Shown: positions 22,985-36,070, counted from the first letter of the stretch. The stretch is DNA of 64,000 nucleotides from Mustelus asterias (GCF_964213995.1 NW_027590699.1:124001-188000), one strand, 5' to 3'. Numbers and translations: made by a program. The notes: generated by a model not told the origin, from the sequence alone.

Positions 22985-23320
22985 CTTTTTTTATTCATTC
23001 ATGGGATCTGGGGGTCGTTGGCTGGCCAGCATTTATCGCCTATCCCTAGTAGCCCGAGGGCAGTTGAGAGTCAACCACATTGCTGCGGACCTGGAGTCAC
23101 ATGTAGGCCAGAACAGGACATTACGGAAGGAAATCTGCCCAACAACTTTTTCAACAATCAGCAATGGTTTCAAGGCCATCAGTAGATTCATAGTTCCAGA
23201 TTTTTCTTATTGAATTCAAATTCCACCATCTGCCTTGGATTTGAACCCAGGTCCCCAGAACATTAGCTGAGTTTCTGGATTAATAGTCTAGCGACAATAC
23301 CATGAGGCCATCGCCGCCCC
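22985..23320 (-). mobile_element. tRNA-derived SINE, second family
   Basis: Same family as 16650-17010. Confidence 0.8.
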
Positions 23321-23580
23321 TCTCGATTGTGATTGTGAACAGTGGTGTCCTTTCATGTTCAAAATTCTCTGCTTTTCTGGTTATGATAAATTGTGCGACT
23401 CCATCCAATCCTAATCTGATGTTTTGTGTGAGTTTCCTGACCCCTAATCCACCTCTTCTAAGACCAATTATGTTAACACCTATTAACAGAGCTGGAGCTA
23501 TTTTTCAATTCAGCAGAAAAAGATCCAAATGAACATGGTTCAGTCTGAATATGGATGACAGCAAAATCCAATCACAATAG

Positions 23581-24252
23581 TTACTTGTGAATTCGCTGGT
23601 GTCTCAGCAGCCTGGATGAGGTAATGAATCCCTTCCCACACTGGGAACAAGTGAACGGCCTTTCCCCAGTATGAACCTGTTCATGATTTATCAGCGTGGA
23701 TGACTGCTTGAATCCTTTCCCACACACAGAGCAGGTGAACGGCCTCTCCCCAGTGTGAATCCGCTGGTGTTTCCGAAGGTGAGATGAGTGAGTAAATCCC
23801 TTCCCACACTGGGAGCAGGTGAATGGTCTCTCCCCAGTGTGAACTCGCTGGTGTTTCAGCAGATTGGCTGAGTGAGTGAATCCCTTCCCACACTGAGAGC
23901 AGGTGAACGGCTTCTCCCCAGTGTGAATTCGCTCGTGTAATGCTAGTTTGGATGATTGATTGAATCCCTTCCCACACACAGAGCAGGTGAATGGCCTCTC
24001 CTCAGTGTGAATTCGCTGGTGTACTGCTAGGTTGGATGACTGATTGAATCCCTTCCCACACACAGAGCAGGTGAACGGTCTCTCTCCAGTGTGAATTCGT
24101 TGGTGTTTCAGCAGCTGGGATGAGGTAGCGAATCCCTTCCCACACCGGGAGCAGGTGAATGGCTTCTCCCCAGTGTGGCTGCGTCGATGAGTTTCCAGCT
24201 GTGATGGAAAATCGAATCCCTTCCCACAGTCCCCACATTTCCATGCCATCAT
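23581..24252 (-). CDS. ZNF4: intact C2H2 zinc-finger protein, 223 aa, 8 fingers, no KRAB
   Basis: ORF 23581-24315, first ATG at 24252 (MMAWKC); 8 canonical fingers with TGE(K/R)PF linkers. Confidence 0.9.
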   Translation of the reverse strand: MMAWKCGDCGKGFDFPSQLETHRRSHTGEKPFTCSRCGKGFATSSQLLKHQRIHTGERPFTCSVCGKGFNQSSNLAVHQRIHTEERPFTCSVCGKGFNQSSKLALHERIHTGEKPFTCSQCGKGFTHSANLLKHQRVHTGERPFTCSQCGKGFTHSSHLRKHQRIHTGERPFTCSVCGKGFKQSSTLINHEQVHTGERPFTCSQCGKGFITSSRLLRHQRIHK

Positions 24253-24659
24253 CCGTTTGTGACTGCAATAACAGTCCAAAAGGCCCGATGAGTGATTGAA
24301 GTCTTGTCGACACACAGAACATGCGTACAGTGTCTCTCAACTGTGAACAGTGCAATTTTCTTCCATGTTCAAAATACTACAACATTCAGGTTCTCATAAA
24401 TTGGTGCTGGCTCCATCAGATTCTGATGTGATATTCGGTTTCAGTTTCCCAGCTGCAAATCCTCCTCTTCTGAAAACCTGTGAACTTGATTTAAAACAGG
24501 AAAAAGGGAATGAGAGAGAACCCACAAAAAACAAGTCCATCAGTGTGAGTGCAGGATAGAAATCCCCCCCATTCTCTCCTCCTGCTCCAGGGTCAGTAAA
24601 GTGAGTTAAAGATGATTCTCATTAACAAACCCATTGCTGCATTTCCTTCCTGAAGCCAC

Positions 24660-25330
24660 ATTTGTCCACTGGGGCCTAGCCCCGGGAGAAAGCGCTGCAG
24701 CTGCCGTTGTGTTGGGCGTTGAGGCGGTGCCGCTTGTTCCTTATTGGGGGTGTTGAAGCCTCCACTGGGTGTGTGGAGCCTCCCCTCCCACCCACTGCCC
24801 CTAACGCTGCCTCCGCTTATCCGCCTCCTCCCCGCCTGAAGATCAGACAAACAAGCGCCTGTCCCTGGACATGAGCCGCACTGCGCATGCCCAACGTCAC
24901 AATGCCCGGGGACTGATTGACGGCAGCTCTGGGCCAATAGACAAAGGGGGCGGGCCGGGAGGACCGAGCTGGAGCGAATGGTCCTCCAACCAATCGGAGT
25001 GAATGAGGGGCGGGATGTTAAGCATGCGCAGTAGCGCTGTAATGGCGACAGACAGACGGTTTTTATTCGAATCCACAAACGGTACAAGGAAAATTGCGGA
25101 ACGCGGGGACGGTGGATCTGGCGGGTGGGTGAAGAGTGTTTGTAAACATGTTGTTCAGGCCCAACTTCCAAAAAAGGACTTTCTGTTTCGCGCCGAGCGG
25201 GGCCGCAAAGTCCAATGTTCGGCTCGGGTTAACGGCCACCATCTTTATTGGGGGCAATGAGCAGCAGGGCTCATGCGTTCCGCCATCTTTGTAAGGGGCA
25301 AAGGTGTCAATGAGTGGGAGGAGCTTGTTC
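24660..25330. promoter_or_regulatory. CpG-island bidirectional promoter 2 (ZNF4 / ZNF5 pseudogene)
   Basis: CCAAT and ggggcggg GC-box pairs, tgcgcatg/catgcgca NRF1-like sites, YY1-like aatggcg and cgccatcttt. Confidence 0.75.
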
Positions 25331-25509
25331 CCCATTGTTCAGAATGGAGACAACTTGTCCATCAACCCTCTGCCCCGGGTAATCTGACCCTGTTTTACAC
25401 AGAGCCAGATGTTTAATTGATCAGGCAAAGTGGCAGCATAACAAGGAAAGGAAGCAAATTCTGCTCTCCGGATCCCACTAACTATTTTAAATTTTAATGC
25501 TTATCCATT

Positions 25510-25772
25510 AGTCACAAGCAAGGCTTATATTAACACTGCAATGAAGGTACTGTGAAATTCCCCTCGTCGCCACACTCTGACACCTGTTCAGGTTAATGCA
25601 CCCTAACCAGCACATCTTTCAGAATGTGGGAGGAAACTGGAGCACCCAGGGGAAACCTACGGAGATGCGGGGAGAATGTGCAATCTCCACACAGACATTG
25701 ACCCAAGCTGGGAATTGAACCCGGGTCCCTGGCGCTGTAAAGCAGCAGTGCTAACCACTGTGCTACTGTGCT
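25510..25772 (-). mobile_element. V-SINE (HE1-like)
   Basis: tRNA-like head plus V-domain. Confidence 0.85.
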
Positions 25773-25917
25773 ATTCAGAGGTCCTGCCCCATATGTCCAA
25801 AGATCTGCGGTTCATTTCAGTCTCATGAAGACCCGTGGCAGAAACTCTCGACGCTGAGTAGACATCATCCTCAAATTGAGGAACAGATAACAGCAACTGG
25901 CAATGCGCAACAGGGCA

Positions 25918-26280
25918 TGATTTTGATTTAATTGGATTTATTATTGTCACATGTACTGGGATACAGTGGAAACTATTTTTTCTTGTGCTATATGAGCAAA
26001 ACATACCGTTTATAGAGTACATAGGGAGAAGGAAAGGAGAGGGTGCAGAACGTAGTGTTACAGTTGTCGCAACGGTGTAGAGAAAGATCAACTTAATATC
26101 CCATTCAAAATCTGATGGCAGCAGGGAAAAAGCTGGTCTTGAGGCAGTTGGTACATGATCTGACTTTTTGTATCTTTTTCCTGACAGAAGAAGGTGGAAG
26201 AGAGTATGTCCAGGTATTTGGGGGCCTTGATTATGCTGGCTGCTTTTCTGAGGCAGTGGGAAATGTAGATGGAGTCAATA
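25918..26280 (-). mobile_element. Rex1/Babar-type LINE 3' fragment
   Basis: Same family as 21465-21863 (CLRKAASIIK). Confidence 0.7.
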
Positions 26281-26627
26281 GAACAAAATCTGACAGAGTC
26301 ACTGTATTCATCAAAACCTAAATGAACGTATGTCTGTGGAAAAGATTCAAACATGTGTGTGACTGGAAATGGGGAAAAGCAATGTCATGGAGGGATTTGA
26401 AAAGAAAGATGAGAATTTTGAACTGAGTTGCTGCTGAAACGGGAGCCTGTGTAAGTCAGTGAGTCACTGAGATTCAGTGCAGAGATTTGGATAAACTCAA
26501 GTTTATCACAGGTTGAATGGAGGCTGGTCAGGATGTGAAAAATCGTCAAGTCTAGAGGTTATAAATGAATGAACGAGAGTTTCAGGAACATGTATTTGGA
26601 CCAAGTCGAGTGATGGGAATTAGATTT

Positions 26628-26963
26628 AGGGCGGCACGGTGGCACAGTGGTTAGCACTGTTGCCTCACAGCTCTAGGGACCTGGGTTCAGTTCCCGACTT
26701 GGGTGACTGTCTGTGTGAAATTTGCACATTCTCCCTGTGTCTGCATGGGTTTCCTCCGGGTGCTCCAGTTTCCTCCCACAGTCCAGAGGTGTGGATTAGG
26801 TTGATTTTCCATGCTAAATTGCCCTTTAGTTTCCTGGGGTGCGTAGGTTCGAGGGATTAGTGGGGTAAATATGTGGGGTTACGGGGATGGGCTGAGGTGG
26901 GATTGCTGTCAGTGCAGACTTGATGGGCTGAATGGCCTCCTTCGGCGCTGTAGGGTTTCTATG
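26628..26963 (+). mobile_element. V-SINE (HE1-like), full length
   Basis: gggcggcacggtggcacagtggttagcactg head, V-domain, CR1-like tail. Confidence 0.9.
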
Positions 26964-27814
26964 AGATAGAAACTCATTCTTGGAGGTGGCAGAGATAAAT
27001 GGTCAGAAACTCAGCTGGCAGGTCTGAAGAAGAGTTATAGGGACTCAGAACATTAACTCTGTTTCTTTCTCCACAGATGCTGCCAGACCTGCTGAGTTTA
27101 TGCAGCATTTTCTGTTTTTATTTCAGTTTTTGCTTTTATTTTAGTGAAATAATTTTCGATTGTTGCAAACAGTCTGGTTCAGCCTCAGACTGTTGTCAGG
27201 GAGAGGGATGGAGTCAGTGGGTATGGAGTAGAGTTTGTAGTCGGGTCTTCATCGTCCCAATATTTAAATAGAGGAAATTTTTGTTAATCCAGTGCTGGAT
27301 GTCAGACAAGTCAGGATGGTGTGTGACCTGAATGGGAACTTGGAGTTGCTGCTGTCCACATACACTTGCTATCCTGATTCTTTGAGGTGCCAGAGGCTGA
27401 GAGTCGGGGAAATTCTCTCAAAGTTCTGGCAGAGGTTTAGATATATACAATCCATCACCTTCACTCATTCTGCTCCCAGCTCTCTGTCTCTCTTCTCTTG
27501 AGATCCGGACTATGTGAAAAGTTCACTTCCCTGAAGGATATTAGTGAATCAGTTGGTTTTTTATAACAATTTAGCAGCTTTCATGGTCACATTTTCCTCA
27601 TGCCGGCCCCACAAATTACCAGATTCATTCAGCTCAATTTCACAACCTGCCTTTGTGTTTTTGTGGGTTCTCTCTCACTCCCTTTTTTCTGTTTTGAATC
27701 AGTTTCACAGAGTATTGGAAAGGTTCGCAGGCAGGAAAGTCAAACCAATCACCACATCAAAATCTGACAGAGTCACTCGATTCATCAGGACTTGAATATC
27801 ATCGGCCTTTGAAA

Positions 27815-29500
27815 ATGGAAGCAAAAAGAACCGTTCACGCCAGGGAGAAACCGTGGAAATGTGGGGAATGTGGGAGGGGATTCAGATCCCCATCTGAGCT
27901 TCAGATCCCCTTCTGACCCTGTGGATTACAGGGTCAAAGGTAGGGTTCTGAAGACTGTGGAGGAACAGAGAGATCTTGGGGTCCATATCCACAGATCTCT
28001 AAAGGTTGCCACTCAAGTGGATAGAGCTGTGAAGAAGGCCCATAGTGTGTTAGCTTTTATTAACAGGGGGTTGGAGTATAAGAGCCGTGGGGTTATGCTG
28101 CAACTGTACAGGACCTTGGTGAGACCACATTTGGAATATTGTGTGCAGTTCTGGTCACCTCACTATAAGAAGGATGTGGAAGCGCTGGAAAGAGTGCAGA
28201 GGAGATTTACCAGGATGCTGCCTGGTTTGGAGGGTAGGTCTTATGAGGAAAAGTTGAAGGAGCTCGGGCTGTTCTCTCTGGAGCGGAGGAGGCTGAGGGG
28301 AGACTTAATAGAGGTTTATAAAATGATGAAGGGGATAGATAGAGTGAATGTTCAAAGACTATTTCCTCGGGTGGATGGAGCTGTTACAAGGGGGCATAAC
28401 TATAGGGTTCATGGTGGGAAATATAGGAAGGATATCAGAGGTCGGTTCTTTACGCAGAGAGTGGTTGGGGTGTGGAATGGACTGCCTGCAGTGATAGTGG
28501 AGTCAGACACTTTAGAAACATTTAAGCGGTTATTGGATAGGCACATGGAGCACACCAGGATGATAGGGAGTGGGATAGCTTGATCTTGGTTTCAGATAAA
28601 GCTCGGCACAACATCGTGGGCCGAAGGGCCTGTTCTGTGCTGTACTGTTCTATTTTCTATGTTATGTGAGCTGGAAATTCATTGGCGCAGACACACCGGG
28701 GAGAGACCATTCATCTGCTCCAATTGTGGGAAGCAATTCATTCAATTAATTTGCCTTCAGAGACACCAGCGACTTCACACCGGGGAGAGGCCGTTCACCT
28801 GCTGAAACACCGGCAGGTTCACGAAGACAAGAGAGAGTTTAAATGCTCCGACTGTGAGAAGAGCTTTAAAAACCCACACGCACTGAGGGAGCACCAGCTC
28901 ATTCACACTGGGGACGCACCGTTCAGCTGCTCACTGTGTGGGAAGAGGTTCAGGACATCTCCCCACCTTCAGACACACCAACGAGTTCACACTGACAAGA
29001 GACCTTTCAAATGTCCAGAGTGTGAGAAGTATTTCAAAGGTTCTGGGGATCTGCAGTACCATCAATGTGTTCACACTGAGGATAAACCATTCAGGTGCTC
29101 TCACTGCAGTACTGGGTTCAAGCAAGCATCTCACCTCACTGTACACCAGCGCACTCACACTGGGGAGAAGCCGTTCATCTGCTGCAAATGTGGGAAGGGA
29201 TTCGCTCAGTCCTCCAACCTGCTGACGCACCAACAAATTCACACTGAGGTGAGGCCGTTCACCTGTTCTGAGTGTGAAAAGGGATTTGCACGATCATCCC
29301 ATCTGCTGACACACCAGCGCATTCACACTGGGGAGAGGCCGTTCACCTGCTCCGAGTGCGGGAAGAGATTTACCAAATCATCTGCGCTGCAGACACACCA
29401 GCGAGTTCACACTGGGGAGAAACCCTTCACTTGCTCCATGTGTAGGAAGGGATTTAATCGATCATCCAACTTGGTGAAACACCAGAGAGTTCACAATTGA
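27815..29500 (+). pseudogene. ZNF5 pseudogene, disrupted by a CR1 insertion in finger 1 and an internal deletion near 28800
   Basis: ATG at 27815 ([36 protein letters not shown]); 8 clean fingers remain at about 28840-29500. Confidence 0.88.
27901..28666 (+). mobile_element. 5'-truncated young CR1 insertion with 6-bp TSD tgagct
   Basis: TSD at 27895-27900 and 28667-28672; nearly identical to the 3' end of the 11320-15584 element (both end MEHTRMIGSGIA). Confidence 0.93.
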
Positions 29501-29623
29501 CTACCCTGCTCTGATTCTGCTGTTGTTAATCAGATTCAGGACTGAACCTTGTTCATCATGACACTGGGGAAGTGTTGATGATGTTACTGCTAAGTACAGT
29601 AACTGGGCTGGAGCTGACAGAAC

Positions 29624-29850
29624 TTGAATTCATATAGCACCTTTCACAACCTCAGGACATCTCTGTGTACAGTCAGCCTCCACAAACAGCAATGTGACAA
29701 TGAGCAGTGATCTGTTTGCAGTGAGATTGGGAGAGGGGTAATATTGGTCTCACCAGGGTGAGCTCCCTGCCCTCCTTCCAAATAGAAGCCATGTGATCTT
29801 TCATCTCTGCCTGACAGAGCAGATGGGGCCCTTGGTTTAACATCCTCATA
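29624..29850 (-). mobile_element. Deu-domain SINE remnant (SacSINE1/AmnSINE-like)
   Basis: Reverse complement gatgttaaaccaagggccccatctgc..aaagatcacatggcttctattt..cagggagctc..ccaatatt..cacattgctgtttgtgg resembles the Deu core. Confidence 0.65.
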
Positions 29851-30156
29851 TTAGTGAAGTGAAGAGCCTTAATTCTGAGACAATTGAAGAATAAGCAATT
29901 AAACAATAGTTGTACTTGTCAGGCTGGTGATATAACCTGTAACACAAAGGTTGTAATTGTTTATTATTATAAACAATATGATTTTAAGTACACTGGTCAT
30001 AAATCATGAGAACTGTCAAATTATGTTTTCCAGTCAATCTAGAAAGATAAGGTAGCGCTCACAAAACATTTATGGCTTTGACAAGTTATATTAAGTTGGG
30101 GAATGAATGGGACCTGACTCAAGTTGTCTCATTTATTGTACTAAGACATCAGGAGA

Positions 30157-30886
30157 TAACAAAGAACAGTACAGCACAGGAAACAGGCCCTTCGGCCCTC
30201 CAAGCCTGTGCCGCTCATTGGTCCGATTAGACCAATCGTTTGTATCCCTCCATTCCCAGGCTGCTCATGTGACTATCCAGGTAAGTCTTAAACGATGCCA
30301 GCGTGTCTGCCTCCACCACCCTACTTGGCAGCGCATTCCAGGCCCCCACCACTCTCTGTGTAAAAAACGTCCCTCTGATATCTGAATTATACCTCGCCCC
30401 TCTCACCTTGAGCCCGTGACCCCTCGTGATCGTCACCTCAAACCAGGGAAAAATCTTCCCACTTTTCACCCTATCTATGCCCTTCATAATTTTGTACACC
30501 TCTATTAGGTCTCCCCTCATTCTCCGTCTTTCCAGGGAGAACAAGCCCAGTTTACCCAATTTCTCCTCATAGCTAAGACCCTCCATACCAGGCAACATCC
30601 TGGTAAACCTTCTCTGCACTCTCTCTAAAGCCTCCACGTCCCTCTGGTAGTGCGGCGACCAGAACCGGACACAGTACTCCAAATGTGGCCTAACCAGCGT
30701 TCTATACAGCTGCAACATCATACTCCAGCTTTTATACTCTACACCCCATCCTATAAAGGCAAGCATACCATATGCCTTCTTCACCGCCTTCTCCACCTGT
30801 GCTGCCACCTTCAAGTGTTTGTGGACTTGCACACCCAGGTCCCTCTGTGTTTCTATACTCTTGATGGCTCTGCCATTTATTGTATA
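30157..30886 (-). mobile_element. 5'-truncated CR1 LINE
   Basis: ORF 30227-30832, CR1 ORF2 C-terminus (LVRPHLEYC, FFTQRVV). Confidence 0.92.
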
Positions 30887-31311
30887 AATGGATGCTAGTA
30901 GGTGTCAGGGGCCAATCAGACAGTTAAGTTAATCAAATATAGTTCAACACTGAAGCTAATTTGAGCAAACGAGAGTTGAGGGGGTAAAAATAAAGGTTTT
31001 GAGTAGCCACTCTGTTAACATGTTATCCACCTTGTCTGATTATCATTTCACGTCTTTGGCCTGATCAACCGAGGAAAGTTTTGAGAAGTCTGCTTCATTG
31101 TTAAAGATAAGCTTTCTCCTTTCTGCCAATTACTATTAATTCGAACTTTGTTTTTTATCTTTCTAACTTTTTAACCTTTTAATGGTTAATAAATCTTCTG
31201 ATTTTACCAATTAAAATGTTCATTCTGGCTAGATAGATAAATCTTTATTGAAAATTGGGGATTTATTGCAAACAACCTCTACCCGATAAATCAACTTCAA
31301 AGTGCAAATAC

Positions 31312-31401
31312 TCCCTGGATTTGGTGTCTCGGTGTAAGTGGTCCCTGGATTTTGTGTTTCTGTGTAAATGGTCCTTAGACTTGGTATCTCAGTACAAGTG
31401 G
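31312..31401. repeat. 30-bp degenerate tandem repeat, 3 copies
   Basis: tccctggatttggtgtctcggtgtaagtgg and two variants. Confidence 0.75.
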
Positions 31402-33062
31402 GCCCCGCACTGCTTTCAGTCCAACTGTCTATATTCCATCTTTCATTGATTTCAATGTAATGGAAACTGGGAGTTGGAACCTGTCAGCATTTGAAAGATA
31501 TTCACAAATAATTGGAGGATTTCTTACATTTGGGATCTTTCTCTGTTCTGTCCTCTCGAGGTGTTAGATAACAGACTTCACCCTGTGAATATCCAGCTGG
31601 AGTATTGGGCCCCTGGTGTGTTTCCTTGTTTATATTGTTGACTCTAAATATTGAATCTTGTGGTTTCAGACATCAAATAATCAAACTCCCAACAGCAGAT
31701 TGTCTTTTACTGACTTTATTAACAGCACTGCAATAATAGACAGAATATAGTTACTTGTTCGGAGAACAGAGATAATATCATAAGTTCAGAGCTCTCTATC
31801 CTGAGAAGGCATTCAGTTGTGACAAATTGCTACAGAAAAGTCAATGATAAAACTACACAGATCACCCCACATTGACCTCGGTTCCAGAAATGACAACAGC
31901 ACACTGTTCCCAAGACAATCCTGCAAAGATTTCCTGGCTCACAGCTGGGGGCTTGTGCCAAATTTAGCAGAGATTTTCTGTAAGACCTGGGTTCCCTCAA
32001 CTTAAATATAAGACTTAACGTCAATTACAATTGTTGGACTCAGTTGGAAGAGGTGATCGAAAAGGGACTTTCATTTCTAACTAGCTACAGGACCAAACTT
32101 AGTACAAATATTGTTCCAAGCTTTGCAGAATTTACTAAGTTAATAACATAAGTACAAAATGCAAAACTTAACAAAGGCAGTGGAAGCAGTCAGTTCACTT
32201 TGTAACGCTGGCTCACAACTTCCAGCCGACTGCAGCACTGTCTCTTGTCCTGTTGATTGTTGTCTACCTTCTTCCTGCTCAGCTTCTCTGAGCTGTGAAC
32301 TGGGCAGCTGAAAGCTGATGGTTATTAACCATTTCTAGACACAGCCCCTGTGCACGATCAATGGTGTTCCTGAACTCTGGTTCACCATGATCAGTCCCTG
32401 ATTGATTTAGGTGGTGTGTAATCATTGATTGGTTTCTCAGTGGTGATGGTCATCTACTGACCATTTCCTGCAATCTCCCGACTGGCCCTCTAATGTGTCA
32501 GTTACTTCCGGAGTCTGCCCCACATGATAGCCTTTCCTGTCATTTCACTAAATTTTATGGCTTTGTACTGAGATAATAGGGGCATAAATATATCTTCTTT
32601 GTCCACTTATTTGAAATATGCTAGTTTATGGTGTCAAATCCCAATGGTTAACATTTGGGCTCAAATGTCTAATTGATGTGTAGAAATCCTGTACAGTTCT
32701 CATTGGGGCAGGTGACTATCAGTATATCTTGGTTAAAGAAACTGCTTGCTGGTTTTTGTAGTGGCTGCCAGTTAATTAAAAGGACACAAAGTGACACACA
32801 GACTTAAACTAATACAGAAATTACAAAGTGACTTCAGATCTGAAATCCAAAGAAAGGGGGCATCAAATCAGTGTGTAAAAGGTGAGATAGCAAGATACAC
32901 ATATAAATAAAACATAATACATTCAATTGATAAACGTTCAAAAGTAATGAGTCAGAATAACTACTGTGTTATGAAAACTACACTGAAACCTTTAATTTTT
33001 CAACCCAAAGATGGTTATAAAGTGTGAAGGAAAGTGACTGCTTCTTTTAAGATATTACAAGT

Positions 33063-33848
33063 TGTTGTGCCTGCAGCACAGTCTGTTCTAAAACTCATAC
33101 GATGGACAATGAATAGACTTCTTGTTAGTACAACCAATATTTATTTAGAACACACAATCAATAATCACCCACCCAACAATAAGTTATCTTACAGAAAATA
33201 CGAAAGTTCAAGCCCAATACAAGACCTTGACTTAACTTTGCGTGACTGGCAAGGACCCAAGCAGATATTGGCCTTTATCTGTGCGCTGGTCTCGGTTGTC
33301 CTCTGCATAGTCTGGTCCTTTGGTCTGGTCTGGCACTCTGGCTCTGGTCTTCCTTCCTTCTCGGGTGTGGTGGCTCTCTTCATGCTGGTCGTCGTTGGCA
33401 ACGGTCACTGTTGTTGTAGCTCGTTCGTGGGGTCAGAGTGAGCTTCTGTTGTGCAGAAGCTTTTATCCCTCCCTGGTTTCATGTCCTTTTAGGGCGGTCT
33501 CCTGATTCTTGTCAATCAATCGATCAGGGCTTGATCACCCTGATCGATAAGAGTCCAATCAGGTGCTGCCACACCGATCTCTGGGTGTGTACCCAACGGC
33601 CATGCCTGTAGGTGCTGGAGGCACGTAGGTCACATACTTCCGTCCCAAATAAGGGGTTAAGGTAAACAAGTATGTTTGACCAGAAAGGGTCCATTGTCTT
33701 TGGGATGGCCTATTTCCTGTGTATTCAGTTGTCTGGGTTGCAGCCTGTTTATCTCTGTCTTTTAGGCTGCAGCCTGTCATTTTAGTTCTTGCCCAATTGT
33801 CCCAGAGTGCTTTACAAATCGTCATTTTAGATGGCCCGTTTGGCCACA
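33063..33848 (-). mobile_element. Solo LTR (786 bp) with 4-bp TSD aagt
   Basis: tgt...aca termini, aagt at 33059-33062 and 33849-33852, minus-strand AATAAA at 33140-33145. Confidence 0.7.
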
Positions 33849-33894
33849 AAGTTAAAAGGTTAAACTAATGACACAATGCCATAAACTAATGACA

Positions 33895-34481
33895 GTAAGA
33901 AGTCTCACAACACCAGGTTAAAGTCCAACAGGTTTATTTGGTAGCAAATACCATAAGCTTTCGGAGCACTGCTCCTTCATCAGATGGAGTGGATATCTGT
34001 TCTCCAACAGTGCACAGACACAGAAATCAAGTTACAGAATACTAATTAGAATGCAAATCTCTACAGCCAGCCAGGTCTTAAAGGTACAGACAATGTGGGT
34101 GGAGGGTCTTGACAGGTTGATGTGGAAAGGATGTTTCCTCTTGTTTGAGAGTCTAGAGCGAGAGGTCCTTGTTTAAAAATAAGGGTTCGCCCATTTAAAA
34201 CGGAGATGAGGTGAAATATTTTCTTTCAGAGGGTCATGAACCTCTGGTACACTCTTCTGAAAAGGCGGTGGAAGCAGAATCTTTGAATATTTTTAAGACA
34301 GATGTAGATAGATTCTTGGCAAGCAAGTGGGTGATAGATTATTGGGGGTTGGCAGGATGCAGATTTAAGGTTACTATCAGATCAGCCCTGATCTGATTAA
34401 ATGGTGGAGCAGACTCAAGGGGCCAAATAGCCGAATCCTGCTCCTTGTTCCTGTGAGACTAATGACTAATAAACTAATAAA
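33895..34481 (-). mobile_element. Composite PLE insertion (PLE 3' fragment plus inverted copy of local DNA) with 15-bp TSD
   Basis: cataaactaatgaca at 33880-33894 and 34482-34496; PLE at about 33895-34102; 34103-34459 is the inverted copy of 34922-35278. Confidence 0.7.
33951..33987 (-). ncRNA. Minimal type I hammerhead ribozyme motif (PLE-associated)
   Basis: CCAU CUGAUGA A GGAGC-AGU-GCUCC GAAA GC UUA UGG: intact core, perfect stem II, palindromic stem III, UUA cleavage triplet, short stem I. Confidence 0.7.
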
Positions 34482-34921
34482 CATAAACTAATGACACAGT
34501 ACTGAAGGCTTGAAACTTCACAGCTGGTTTCTTCACACAATATGGCCTCTAACTCAATATAACTGTTATTGTCAATGCTGAGGGGTAACAGTTCCAGACC
34601 TCAGCTCATCCAGAGTTGATGGGATCCACAGGACTCTGTAATTAAAGTATAAAAGTGTAGCTTTACACCGGTCTAGGGTCATGTGATGTATTTCACTTGT
34701 CAAATAAGGATGCAGTTACAGAGAAAGCCAGTTACATGATACTAACGTATTACAATTAAGCAGAATATCACAGCAGATTAATTGATTAATACACTTCAAT
34801 TACTTGATCATTACACATAACTAAGCTACAAACTATTAAACATGACCGTTCCTACAGTCAAACAGTCCAGTCAAGCAACAGGCTGACACAGTCATACTTT
34901 GAATCATATCTTACTGCCAAT

Positions 34922-36070
34922 GTCTCACAGGAACAAGGAGCAGGATTCGGCTATTTGGCCCCTTGAGTCTGCTCCACCATTTAATCAGATCAGGACTGAT
35001 CTGATAGTAACTTTAAATGTGCATCCTGCCTACCCCCAATAATCTATCACCCACTTGCTTGGCAAGAATCTATCTACATCTGTCTTCAAAATTTTCAAAG
35101 ATTCTGCTTCCACCGCCTTTTCAGAAGAGCGTTCCAGAGGTTCACGACCCTCTGAAAGAAAATATTTCACCTCATCTCTGTTTTAAATGTGTGAACCCTT
35201 ATTTTTAAACAGGGACCTCTCGCTCTAGATTCTCACACAAGAGGAAACATCCTCTCCACATCAACCTGTCAAGACCCTTCAGGATCTTCCATGTTTCGAT
35301 CAAATTTATCTTACTCTTCTAAACTCCAGCAGACACAAACCTCGCCTGTCCAAGCTTTACCCATAATCCACACATTTCTAGCATTAGTCTGGTCAGTCGA
35401 CTGCTTCCAATGTATTTACATCCTTGCTTAAACAAGATGACCAATACTGTACACCGTACTCCAAATGTGGGCTCACTGGTGCTCTGGATAACTGAAGCAT
35501 AACCTCCATATTTATGTAATCAATTCCCCTCACAAATGAGAGCTTTCCTAATTACTTGCTTTACCTGTTTACTAGCTTTTTGTGATTCATGCAAAAAACA
35601 AAGAACAAGAACAGGCCCTTCGGCCTACGCTGATCACATTGTCCTATCGAGACCAACCGCTTATATCCCTCGATTCCCGTCTGTTCATTTGTTTATCAAG
35701 ATAAATCTTAAATGTCGCTAATGTATCTGCCTCAACCACCTCACTTGGCAGTGCATTCCAGGCCCCCACCACCCTCTGTGTAAAAAACCTTCCCCCGCAC
35801 ATCTCCACTGAACCTTTCCCCCTTATCTTGAACTTGTGCTGCCTTGTAATTGTCATTTCTGCCCTGGGAAAAAGCTCCCAACTGTTCATCCTATCCATAC
35901 GCCTCATAATTTTATAAACATCTATTACGTCACGCCTCAGCCTCTGTCTTTCCAGGGAGAACAATCCCAGTTTATTCAATCTCCAGAACACTCAGATCCC
36001 TCTGCATCTCAGAGCTCTACAATCTCTCACCATTTAGATAATCTGCTTCCCTTTTATTCTTCCTGCCAGA
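34922..36070 (-). mobile_element. Old CR1 3' fragment with a younger CR1 (about 35595-35985) nested inside
   Basis: CR1 C-terminal motifs; ORF 35644-35991. Confidence 0.75.
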
